From: Selaginella moellendorffii
Taxonomy: Eukaryota; Plantae; Lycopodiophyta
Direction: 5' to 3'
DNA length: 64,000 bases
Assembly (NCBI RefSeq): GCF_000143415.4
Contig: NW_003314452.1
Location: 1 to 64,000 of the forward strand
Shown: positions 1 through 11,007 of the stretch, one piece after another
Layout of the letters: every line of letters begins with the position of its first letter
Position numbering within the stretch: the first letter of the stretch is position 1
Program-made: the position numbers and the translations under genes
Notes under the pieces: model-generated
Told to the model about the DNA's origin: nothing
The model's database searches: none
What the model saw: only the letters and a program-made list of their open reading frames with translations

Positions 1-34
1 AAAATTAGGAAATATGGCCAAAACGATTTTAAAT

Positions 35-360
35 ATATAGTAGGGATGGGCGTGGTTGACCAACCTGAAACATCATCTAACTTCTTATTAGGCATGTTTA
101 TTTTTGTTTTATGTTTGGCTTAAGTTTAAGCCCAAACTTTGTACTATATTAGCTGGTGGAATATCTTTATGTTAGGCCACCATTATGCTAAAATAGTCCT
201 TTAGCTCCATTTTATGTGATAGTTTTGATATTGGAATGCTAAAAGCTCTATTCCTTATTCCTTATTTGTTCTTATTCCTTTGTTCATTAGCTTTATATAT
301 ACTCAAGAGTTTTGTTCATCCCTTTGTTTAGTGGCCAAGGCCCTAAAACTTAGGTGCCAC
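35..360 (+). mobile_element. Old AT-eroded LTR fragment related to the 13559 LTR family (also about 24855-25180 and 48643-48950)
   Basis: Shares atagtagggat, gaccaacct, taagcccaa, agctggtgga, gttaggccacc and gtggcc(c)aaggccct in order with LTR 14167-14555. Confidence 0.8.
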
Positions 361-1118
361 TCTATTGCCATTAGCACATATATATATAAGCTTTTAAATT
401 TGGATTTCTCATAATGTCACTAACCCCAATACTATTTAAACTTAAGGACAATATTTTAAAACCCTTAACTGATTAAAAAAAAGGGGTGCACTTTTATTTA
501 TCCCTTTATATTTGAACTCTATAGATCAATGTCTCAAATCATTCCCTTTGGTTGTTTATAATTCATTATATTTCTCTATACAGTTGCAACTCTTTTGAAA
601 CTGTACAAGTCAAGCCCAACTGGAATAAATTAGACTTGCCAAATGTTAATCTCAACACATGGTATGATTCCTCTAGCTAACTAAATGTCAAACCCGAGAC
701 CCTTTTAATACCAAATGTAAGCTCCTAAATTCAAATTTTTTGGGATGTCGCCCAATTTAGTTTATTCAAACCCAAGAACACTTAACCCCAAGTATTCCAA
801 GACCTCTAACTGATTAAAAAAAAGGTTGCACTTTTATTTATAGGCCTTTCCCCTTATATTTGAACCTCATATATCATCTCTCGAATCAATTAGAAACTAA
901 CACACGAATCAATTAGAAACTAACTTGAGACCTTCAATCCCCAAGAAGGCTCATGCAAGTGGTCGTGAGTAAGGATAAACTTGATATTACTAGAATACTC
1001 CAAGTTGTGAGAAAATAAATGTGCATTGGTGATAAACTGGAATACAATAGAGAAGTGCTAACTTTCCCCCTTAACTACTCTTACATGGTGGCAACTACCA
1101 TTTCTTCATGAGTCATGA

Positions 1119-1555
1119 NNNNNNNNNNNNNNNNNNNNNNNNNNNNNNNNNNNNNNNNNNNNNNNNNNNNNNNNNNNNNNNNNNNNNNNNNNNNNNNNNN
1201 NNNNNNNNNNNNNNNNNNNNNNNNNNNNNNNNNNNNNNNNNNNNNNNNNNNNNNNNNNNNNNNNNNNNNNNNNNNNNNNNNNNNNNNNNNNNNNNNNNNN
1301 NNNNNNNNNNNNNNNNNNNNNNNNNNNNNNNNNNNNNNNNNNNNNNNNNNNNNNNNNNNNNNNNNNNNNNNNNNNNNNNNNNNNNNNNNNNNNNNNNNNN
1401 NNNNNNNNNNNNNNNNNNNNNNNNNNNNNNNNNNNNNNNNNNNNNNNNNNNNNNNNNNNNNNNNNNNNNNNNNNNNNNNNNNNNNNNNNNNNNNNNNNNN
1501 NNNNNNNNNNNNNNNNNNNNNNNNNNNNNNNNNNNNNNNNNNNNNNNNNNNNNNN
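1119..1555. other. Assembly gap (N run)
   Basis: 437 Ns. The paralogous interval is about 1.1 kb in copy 2 and about 1.3 kb in copy 3. Confidence 1.
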
Positions 1556-2660
1556 TCTGTGAAGTGGCCTCTTGCTTGTCCACAGTGGGCTTCTTCGAAT
1601 AGATCTTGAGTTCTTCAAATTGTACACATCTTCATAGTACATTGTCTCGTCCTTTTTTGTACAATCTTCCTCCCACAACTGAATATGGTCTTGTCCTTAA
1701 GACAAATTATTTATGGTGATTAGAGATGGAGTATCGACTTAGTATTATTGTTGTTATGAGGTAGTAGTAGATGTCATTCGTCCATGTTGATGATGTGTGG
1801 ATGCAAAGTATGTTGGAGTCAGGAAAGTCATCCATGTTGTATTTTAGTTGTTCACTAGTTATAAAGTTGGCTTATACATGTTGTTTGCCAGGTTTGTGAA
1901 TAATCTCGAAGTTGTATTCTTGAAGTAATAAGAACTATCAGGAAATTCTACGGATGAAGATGGTCTTGTTGAGGAGGTGTAAAAGTGCTTTGTGGTCAAC
2001 CATGCTCTTGACTTTAGTGCCAAGTAGGTAGTGTCGAAACTTTTATAGTGCATAGACCATTCCTAAAACTTCTTTTTCAATGGTGGTGTAGTTCATCTCA
2101 GCTGAGTTGAGTCTTCGGCTTGTATAGTAGATTGGTCGGTCTTTGAGGTCTTTTGTGAGAAAGTATTGCTCTGATGGCATAATCAAAGGCATCAATGTGT
2201 ATTGAAGTTTTTGTCCTAGTTTGGTTGGGTGAGTATTGGAGCCCTTGTTAAGGAATTCTTGAGCATGTCGAATGCTTGTTGGCAATCTTGAGTCTAGTTG
2301 TAGATGTGATTTTTCTTCAAAAGATCTATAAGGGGTTTTGCAATCTTCACATAATCTTTGATGAAGCGTTGATGGTATCTCATTTTGCCGAGGAAGGATC
2401 GTAGTTTAGTGGTGTTTGTTGGGTGTTGCATGTTGATGATGGCAAGAGTCTTAGCTTTGTCAATGAAGATGCCTTTTTGCAGATGATGTGTCCAAGTAGG
2501 ATGCCAGATTTGACGAAGAAGGTAGATTTGTCAGGGTTTAAGGTGATGTTGTTCTCTTGACATTTGATGAAGCATTTCTCAAGGTGTTGGGGATGTTATT
2601 TTTTGCTGCTAAAGATGCTGAAGTCATCCATAAAAACTCACATGAAGTTGGTGAGGTAAT
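1556..2660 (-). mobile_element. Degenerate Ty3/Gypsy pol relic (RT-RNase H-integrase), copy 1
   Basis: Minus-strand VFMDDFS (RT) and SAEMNYTTIEKE (RNase H) motifs with many stops and frameshifts. Confidence 0.85.
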
Positions 2661-2835
2661 ATAGTGCTTTCAATCTTTATTCTACTCTTTCTAGACGCTT
2701 ACCATGACTCTTCTATTCTAAACAAGTATATTGTACATTATCATGTGACTAAGAAGCTACACATGTCTTTTTATTAGTCAAAGATGTGATATGATATTAT
2801 TCGATATATATATATAGCTATGTTTAATGCCAAAT

Positions 2836-3075
2836 CCTAATGCCAAGATTAACACACAAAACGGAGCTAAACAGAGCCAAATAAAGTTTAGTGCTATTTT
2901 AGCATATCAGTGGCTTAACACAAAGATATGGGTACTCCACTAGCTAATATGGTATAGAACTTGGGTTAAACCGAATGCAAAATAAAAATAGGTATGCAAA
3001 CAGAAGCTAGAGTATGCCTTAGGTTAATTGGCCATGCCTGACATACCCACAATCCCTACTACACATTTGGAACCT
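2836..3075 (-). mobile_element. Old LTR fragment of the 13559 family, inverted (longer versions at about 29040-29455 and 53000-53455)
   Basis: tatgggtactccactagc, aacttggg, tatgccttaggtt, ggccatgcc and atccctacta are the reverse complement of LTR 14165-14400. Confidence 0.8.
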
Positions 3076-4797
3076 CGGAAAACATGCTTTAAGTTATCAC
3101 CCTTAATACCAAGAGTTAGTATTTGGAATAAGCTTGAAACTTATTTAGTGAATATTAAAGAACCAAGCTCAATATAATGGGGGTTACATATGAGCTTCTC
3201 ATACTGAGTCAAGTATGCTCAGCATAAAACATATAAGAGTTCCTATATTATGTTTATCTAGTATAAGTACATACATGATGACCAGTTTCTCAATTAGCTT
3301 GGGTGGAGATTGATAAAGAGTCTAGCAATACCAACCTCTTGCTGTCGTGGCAGTAAAGAAAAAATATCTGAAATGACTCATTCATAGGTAATTTTCGATA
3401 CCTACAATCATATTCCCAACATTCATTAGGTTAATCCTCTAAAAATTGTGCATATAAAATAGCTGAAATACTTCATACAAAGGGATCATAAATAACTAGC
3501 TTCTATAGATCCACTAGTTCCTCCACCTAATATTCCTCCAAATCCCTATCAACCAAACAATTATAACTACTTTCCTTCCTTCCAAAAGGAGAGGATGATA
3601 TAAGGTTCAAGTGTATGGTTACAATGCCATTTATATTATTACCGTAATGGGATTTTGATAGCCATTGAATTGGTTTCAATTTAGATCACTAATAATTGAA
3701 TATACATATTTAGCTAATTGAATATGCATATTTTTATATTTTATGTCCATATTTCATGCACTTACAGATTTTCTTTTTATTTTGCTTTACAGAGTAAAGT
3801 CATATACCTAGATATCTAAATATATTCTTGGATATTCTCTAATCTAAGGGCTCTTAAACTTTCTCTAATTAACTTGTAATCAGTGTTTAAAGTTAATTGT
3901 CTAACTTATCACTAATGTAAATAATCTATATTGAAAAACTATTAACACTTATTAACACTAACATGTAACAGAATGCCAATTTAAACCTTAAAAATAAATT
4001 TAAAATTAACATCATTAAGCCCTCCACACTCATGGTTTCATTCTGTAATATAGAGGGCACAAAATCCAGCCATCTAAGATTGATGGCCTGATGGTTAAAC
4101 ACAAAAGAACTTAAGAGAGTTAAACATTGTTCTAGCTATTTAAAAACTAAAGACTAGTGGGGACACCATTTCTCACCATTTGTCCTGAAGTGCAATAGCT
4201 AGCAATTAACATTATGCAAATTCCTCAATCTAAACAAGTGCCTAGCCTCATTAGTTGTTATGTTTAGCATTCAAGTATGTTAAGAAATATATTAGAATAT
4301 ACATTGTGATATATTTTAGATAGCACAAAAAATAATTTAAAAAGAGGAGTAGTGTATTTTAAATAGTACAAAAAATTATTTAAAAAGAGTAGTACTCAAT
4401 GGAATTTAAGGATTGGTTCCTCGAGGTATAGAAGATAGACAGATAAAATTGATGGATCAATTCCTCTCTCTCTCTCTCTCTCTCTCTCCATTTGTTTGTT
4501 TCTTTCTATGATTTTGCAGAGTCCTCAAAAAAAGGTACTTGGCATTGAGGTTCCACCATAGGCAAAAAGAAACTCTGTTGATCTTTTATAGGGAAACGTT
4601 TTCCTACAGGCCTTTCTGAATTGAATCCACGGAACCTGGAAGTCAAAACAAGAGAGTAGCTTCAGAACACTTAAAAGCTCACCCCTGCAAGTTCTGTTGT
4701 GGTGAGTGAATGGTCAAAGGTGCGAATATTCTCTCTACAAAAATTTGAATAAGTTTTTCTACATTTCCATGGAATACGAGTCATTTTTTAGGGTATC

Positions 4798-5293
4798 ATG
4801 AAGAAAACACTCATTCTTGATCTAGACAATCCACTGGTATACGCTCATAAGGATCTCGTCTCTTCTGTAGATGTCAGCATGGAATTTGACGATGATGCAC
4901 CACTCCACATCATGAAGAGATTAGGTGTAGATGAATTTCTGGGGAAGGTTTCAAATGTGTACGATATCGTGGTGTTTAGTGCCGCCCAGGAGAAGTATGT
5001 CAACCTTGTGGTTGACCATCTGGATCCTACTCGGAGGCTTGTGTAGAGGAGGCTACATGGTGGCAATTGTGTTGTTCTAAAGGACGGGATGAAAGTCAAG
5101 AATCTTGACCATGTAGGGTTTCGGGATTTCAAGCGGGACTTCTTGGCAGATGTAGCCCCTTTCCTTCTTGCCCTGCCAAAGTGTGTGGACTTTACTGAAG
5201 TTACCCATCGCTGGAATATTGGACAATGTGGAGAAGCAAGGCAAATTGTACATCCCAGATCCATTCGATGATGAATGGGTTGTGTTTAACTGA
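4798..5293 (+). pseudogene. SCP/FCP1-like (NIF) phosphatase pseudogene A, copy 1
   Basis: Paralogue of the 195-aa gene. DLDNT changed to DLDNP, TAG at 5044-5046, a 90-bp in-frame deletion removing the VVALDD motif, and a 2-bp deletion (588-90-2=496 bp). Confidence 0.93.
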
Positions 5294-5508
5294 CTATTGT
5301 ATTTTGTAATATATGTTATAATTTTCCCCCCAATAGTTTATGGAAGTGACTTTTGAGGATTTCCTGCATGTCTTGTGTAAAACAAAATGGTAAAACAAGC
5401 CAAAAGAACACCAAGTTTTCAAGCTCTTCTGCTTCAAAAGTGTATCATCCTAGTAATGAGCTCACAACTTTTGCTTGACCGAGCCTGAAAGAGATTGGAA
5501 AAAAAGAG

Positions 5509-5725
5509 CTACCTCCTGGTACTTGATACATTAGGCAAACATGAAGGCAAAGAAGACCGGGAAGCCGACCAAGACACCCGCAACAACACCCAAATGTCAT
5601 GTCGTAGCCAAAGTAACTCTCCACAAACGCCTTGACAGTCATGTATCACACATTGGGTGTCATGAGGCGCACAAGATCATTTGCATACTGGGATGCGATC
5701 CAGCCATACAAATCCAATAGTGATC
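5509..5725 (-). pseudogene. PDR-type ABCG transporter C-terminal fragment, copy 1
   Basis: Across frameshifts it reads LYGWIASQY...TVKAFVESYFGY / LGVVAGVLVGFPVFFAFMFA*CIKY..RR*, matching the plant PDR terminus as I recall it (YGLxASQ...FxxxYFGY...FAxxIKxLNFQRR). Confidence 0.75.
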
Positions 5726-7221
5726 CACATTCTTGGAAAGTCCAAGAAAAAGCAAAAAGCTGTTTATATCCAACTTAGGTTTGGTGGTCAACACTAAACC
5801 AAAAACAATGAAGATGAATAGGACGATGTTATTGTCCCTGCCCTACAAGTATTTTTACGTGTTTTCGTTTGCAGCAGAGGAACCGCGGTACTGAATATCC
5901 ACATTCTGGTATTGAAATTAAGCTGGTCACTTGAGCGATTAGTTTTTAGCTGATCAAAACGGTTGTAATGTACAATGTTTAAATCGTGATTTTCATTTGT
6001 GAATACTTTAGTGTTCTTAATTTGGATTTTCTTTACATTTCGCTTTATAGGTATAAAGAATATACCTAAATATCTAAGTATATTCTAGAATATTCTCTAA
6101 TCTAGCAACTTTAAAGTTTTCATATAAAAAACTATGAAGTTCTTTATTTTGCCTCATATCTAGAACTGGAAGAGTATCAAGTAAAATTTGAAAAACTATA
6201 TAAAACTGAGAAACTCTATATTATCCTATAAATTACAAGGATTAACACTGACAAAGAGTCTAAAATTAACATCATTAATCTAGAGGGCACAAAATCCAAC
6301 TTCTGGACGTGTTTTAAGATTGATGTCATGATGGTTAAACACTAAACAACTTAAAAGAGTTAAAGTTTGTTCTAGCTATTTGAAAACTTGCCTCAATCTA
6401 ACCAAGCACCTAGCTTCATTATTTGTTATTCTTTGCATTCAAGTATGCAAAGAAATCAGTGGAATTTAACGATTGGTTCCTCAAGGTATGAAAAAAACAA
6501 TGGCTAGCATATTAACATTAATATTCAATACTATTCAAATGCCTCAATCTAAGGAAGCACCTTCATTATTTGTTATTCTTCACATTCACGTATGCTAAGA
6601 AGTCAGTGGAATTTAACAATTGGTTTGGAAGAAACAAGAAACCTGGATCAATTCATCTCTCTCTCTCTCTCTCCATTTGACTCTTTCTTTCTATAATTTT
6701 GCAGACTCGTCAAAAAGGTACTCGGCATTCCTGTAGGAAAACGTTTCCCTGTAAAAAGGTCAACAGGTCAAAGGTGCGAATATTCTCTCTACAAAAATCA
6801 ACAATCCCGCCATTTTCTTCATCGCATCTCCCGAGAATTGGGATAGCTCTCCAGCTTCCACTCGATCTCTGCCCACTTGAGGTGAGATGCATGGACCCTA
6901 CAAGAAGCCAGCCGTGGACACCACGCTGTTGCATCTCCCGTCAATGTGCTGTTTACCAATCCTGTTCCTTGAACCGAACCTGACTACAAGAATGTCGGAA
7001 GCCCTTGAGTTGTTCAGCAACCTTGATCGAGAACAACTCGGCCTGGCAGAAATGCAATGAACTGGCAACGAATTCATATTTCTGAATCGAAATCAGCATG
7101 CTGAAAAAGACCAAGACTACAAAGATGACAAAAAGGAGCAAGTAAATCTAAACAACTACAACGATCAGCTGCAAACAGACATGTTAGAAGCCAAGCAGAG
7201 AATCAGAGTAATGAAAGAAAC

Positions 7222-8580
7222 TCACCAAACAGATTGCCAGGCAGGATCGCAGAGGATGTCGCGCGCGGATGGACGCTGGTCGCGTCTTGCTGCGACCAGC
7301 TCCAACACCTTGGGCGCAATTGATGGGTGTTGGTACGCCCAGTCTGCTGGTAAAACGCCATCCCGGACGTCAATCAATACCGACTCCCTTTCCTACACAG
7401 ATTCACCGAACTAAGCAAGCACGTTGCACAAACTGCAGCCAAACCTGGTCCGGGGGACACCTCCAATGAAGTTCGAAGAGTATAACTCCAAGCGCAAGCA
7501 TGTCAGTGTAGGTTGAGTTGCTCCGGCGCTGGGGAGAGTAGTAAACTGCTCTCCCCTTCTTGATATTTTCGGTCTCGAGCATGGACTCCTTATTTTTAGC
7601 TGTAAGCCAACAAATGAGAGATGGAAGAGATGTTTCATTTGCCTACCAAGACCGAAATCTCCCAGCTTGATGCGTCCATCGTCTGTGACGAAGATGTTGT
7701 GTGGTGCTATATCCCGATGAACACCCACGTTGTCGTGCACATGCGCCACAGCTTGAAGAAGCTGCCTAAACGCATCTGCAGGTGGTGACTCACCGCCGAG
7801 GAGCACCGACTGGAGCGAGCGGCCACAAAACTCCATGACAATGTACACTTTCGACTTGCCCGGCTCGCCTTCCTCCTTCCACATGTCGAAGTATTCGACT
7901 ATGTTGGGGTGTTCGCAGCGCTGGAGCATCTCTCCCTCCTTGAAGACGAGCGCGACATCCTGGTCTCTGGACTTCGTTGCTGTGCGAACCTTGATGACTT
8001 TGATGGCGTAGATTTGTTCGTCCTCCTTGCTACGGCACTTGTATACTTTCCCGGACGCCCCCTGGCCAACACAAGCGAGCACTTCGTAGCTGCTGCAGAA
8101 GCGGCCTGGACAAGAGAGACAAGGGGCCACTCAGAAGCGAAAAGATGCCAAAGAGACAAATTATTGTATCCACCTGCTGCTGCAACTGGAGTCTCCCCTC
8201 CCTTTTGGATCGATTCCACGATCCCGGTCACAACATTCGCCGAGAGCATCTTGAATCTCTCCAAGCGTTGCGCCATTGCGAGGAATTGCCGAACATATTC
8301 TGCAAGTCATGAATCAAACCAGCAAAGAGTCGTGTCAGCCAACAAAAGGAATTCCTCGTACCAGCGTCAGGAGCAGCCTGCAACGCGGATGCATCATGAT
8401 CAGTTTCTCCTGCTCCTGCTTCAACGAGGATCTTCATCAGACAAGTGCAGATGTTTCAAGTTTTGACCAACCTGATCGAGCTCGGTTAATCGGATCCAGT
8501 GGGCGGGTCCTTTCGAGCATGACGTCGGATCGCTTCTGAGTGTGTAGTTTCTTCGGACCAGCAGCTCTCTTCCTCTCCAT
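7222..8580 (-). CDS. Spliced Ser/Thr kinase, stand-alone GCN2/eIF2alpha-kinase-like domain, about 357 aa (intact copy)
   Basis: Manual GT-AG model with coding exons 8580-8472, 8415-8362, 8299-8174, 8105-7647, 7599-7445 and 7392-7222 (1074 nt, open frame, introns 47-68 nt). Motifs GQGASG, YAIK, HPNIVEYFDMW, VYIVMEFC, FRQLLQAVAHVH, HRDIAPHNIF, IKLGDFGLAK, YYSPQ, DMLALGVILFEL, ERESVL..G.LP..W and RPSARDIL. Probable 5' UTR exon ending at donor 8783/8782. Confidence 0.85.
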
Positions 8581-9000
8581 GGTGGACTCTGGTCAGTGTT
8601 AACATTGTGAGTCGTTGCTGAAAGCACAAAAGAGATTGAGGAGTCGTTACTGCACTTATCCAACGGCTGGAGCCTAGAATGCGCACATCAGCTGTCCGTC
8701 AATGGATTCACAACAAACTTGCTACAATTGCATGCTCCTTCCGCCTCGCCAACAGTAGGCCGCAAACCAGCAGCGCACTCACCTCTGCCCTTGCCAGACG
8801 ATCACGGCAGCCCTAGATTTGGAATCTAAGCTGCATTGAGGATCGACGCGCTCCTCCGGCTCCCTTGGGCTTTGCCAATAGTAGGGTACAAGAATACAAA
8901 AGGCCAAGTCGGATAGAGTTTAGGGCAGACGTGGCACCTTTGGTCACCTTTTGTGGCCCTTCTTCACTTCCACGGAATACGAGTCATTTTTTAGGGTATC

Positions 9001-9581
9001 ATGAAGAAGACACTCATTCTCGATCTAGACAATACACTGGTATACGCTCATAAGGATCTCGTCTCTTCTGTAGATTTCAGCATGGAATTCAATGATGATG
9101 CACCACTCCACATCATGAAGAGACCAGGCGTAGATGAATTTCTGGGGAAGGTTTCAAAAGTGTACGATATCGTAGTGCCGCCCAGGAGAAGTATGTCAAC
9201 CTTGTGGTTGACCATCTGGATCCTACTGGGGGGCTTGTGTCGAGGAGGCTACATGGTGGCAATTGCGTTGTTCTAAAGGACGGGACGAAAGTCAAGAATC
9301 TTGACCATGTAGGGTTTCGGGATTTCAAGCGGGTGGTGGCACTGGATGACATTATTGACTTCTACCAAGGTCATCAAGAGAGCGTGGTGGTGGCTCCAAA
9401 GTTTGAGGGGTCAAAGGATGACCACTTCTTGGCAGATGTAACCCCGTTCCTTCTTGCGCTGTCAAAGTGTGTGGATTTTACCAAAGTTACCCATCGCTGG
9501 AATATTGGACAATGTGTGGAGAAGCAAGGCAAATTGTACGTCCTAGATCCATTCGATGATGAATGGGTTGTTTTAAACTGA
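9001..9581 (+). pseudogene. SCP/FCP1-like phosphatase B, copy 1, frameshifted
   Basis: 7-bp deletion (tggtgtt) at about 9172 relative to copies 2 and 3 (581 vs 588 bp) splits the ORF. Confidence 0.9.
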
Positions 9582-9991
9582 TTATTGTATTTTGTAATAA
9601 ATGTTATAATTTTTCTGCCAAAGTGTAGTTTATGCAAATGAATCTTAGTGAACTTTTGAGCTTAGGATTTCCTACATGTCTCATGTAAAACAAAATGGCA
9701 AAACAAGAAAAACAGCACACCAAATTTTCAAGCTCTTTTGCCAAGGAAATCCCCTTTACATTGAGAGCCCACAGCTTTGCAACACCCCATGAACACCAAT
9801 AGGAGCACGTGCCCACCTCAAACAACAAGCGAGACTTCAAAAAGGACATCACTGATCCAACATTTGATGCCGGAGGATAAGATGCTTAGAAGACTGATTG
9901 CTTCTGAGTTCTTTTATGTCTGTTGTTTAGTGCCTATGTGAAGCTATTGACAAAAATGTGATGATCCATATGAAGCTCTTCACAGGATCAT

Positions 9992-9992
<1 letters not shown>

Positions 9993-10026
<34 letters not shown>
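9993..10026 (+). repeat. (GA)n microsatellite upstream of the PPR; (CT)n tracts also at about 4464-4488 and 6657-6673 and in the paralogues
   Basis: Directly visible; length differs among copies. Confidence 0.95.
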
Positions 10027-10160
10027 AAGTGTCTTTGGCATGACATCCAGCGAAGTAGCAAGAGGAGTGATCGCGGTGCCTCCTGCAGGCATCTCCACGC
10101 CAAATCGCGACTCTTCTGCACCAATGTGGTGATTCCAAGTCCCTCCCACGAGGGAAGCTC

Positions 10161-11007
10161 TTGCACCGCCGCCTGGCCGCCACCCTCGACCTACGCCACC
10201 ACCCCTTGTTCAGCAATCTCCTCATCCTCATGTATGGCAAGTGCTCCAGCCTCCCGGACGCATGGTCCGTCTTCCACGATCTCGTCCACAAGAACGCCTT
10301 CTCCTGTAACATCATGATCTCGACGCTCTGCGCAAACGGCCAGAGCGCGCAAGCGATTCATCTCTTCCTCGCCCTCGCCAGCGATTCAGTCGTCCGCCCC
10401 ACCCACGTCTCGTTCGTCGCCGCGCTCGCCGCCTGCGCCAATTGCCCCGATCTCCAGTCGGGCATCCGGATCCACGCCCAGATCGTCGCCGCGCCACCCG
10501 CGATCGCGAGCAATCCAGTCGTGTGCTGCGCCCTCTTAACCATGTATGGGAAATGCGGCAGCCTGGCAGACGCGCGGAAGGTCTTTGATGACATGCCGCG
10601 CAAGACGATAGTCGCCTGGAGTGCGATGCTGGCTGCTTGCACCAGAAATCCCGATCAGGGCGGGCTCCCCGCTGCGATCGAGCTCTATCGCCAGCTCGGG
10701 GATGCCGGCATCGGTGCGGACTGGAACACTGCGATTGCCGCAAATGCCCATAATGGGCAGTTTAGAGCGGCGATTGCGCTGCTGTGGAAGTTGGATCTGG
10801 AAGGGATCGGGCCTGATATGGTGACGCTGACTGAGATCCTGGCAGCGTGTTCTTGGAAGCAGGATAAAGCACAGGGTATAAAGATCCACGGAGCGTACTT
10901 GCTCGTGTGGCTGGGAGCGTAATGTTGTCGCTGGAACCTCTATCGTCAACATGTATGGAAAGTGTGGCAGAATCAAGGAAGCATCAAGGAAGGAAGCAAG
11001 AATCTAA
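10161..11007 (+). pseudogene. Truncated PLS-class PPR gene, copy 1 (frameshift)
   Basis: MYGKCSSLPDAWSVF and MYGKCGSLADARKVFDDMP motifs; extra G at about 10890; ends mid-motif with no E or DYW domain. Confidence 0.85.

Noticed and set aside
1106-1678. Four ORFs of 156-190 aa
   Set aside because: Artefacts of translating through the N gap.
7411-8130. 239-aa ORF as the complete kinase
   Set aside because: It starts inside an intron and reads through the intron after DFGL; the spliced model restores subdomains VIII-XI.
7909-8466. 185-aa plus-strand ORF (and 33549-34106, 58028-58402)
   Set aside because: Antisense shadow of the kinase exons with no recognisable motif.
9604-9960. 82-aa minus-strand ORF between the phosphatase and the PPR
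   Set aside because: No motif recognised, non-ATG start, and the end differs in copy 2.
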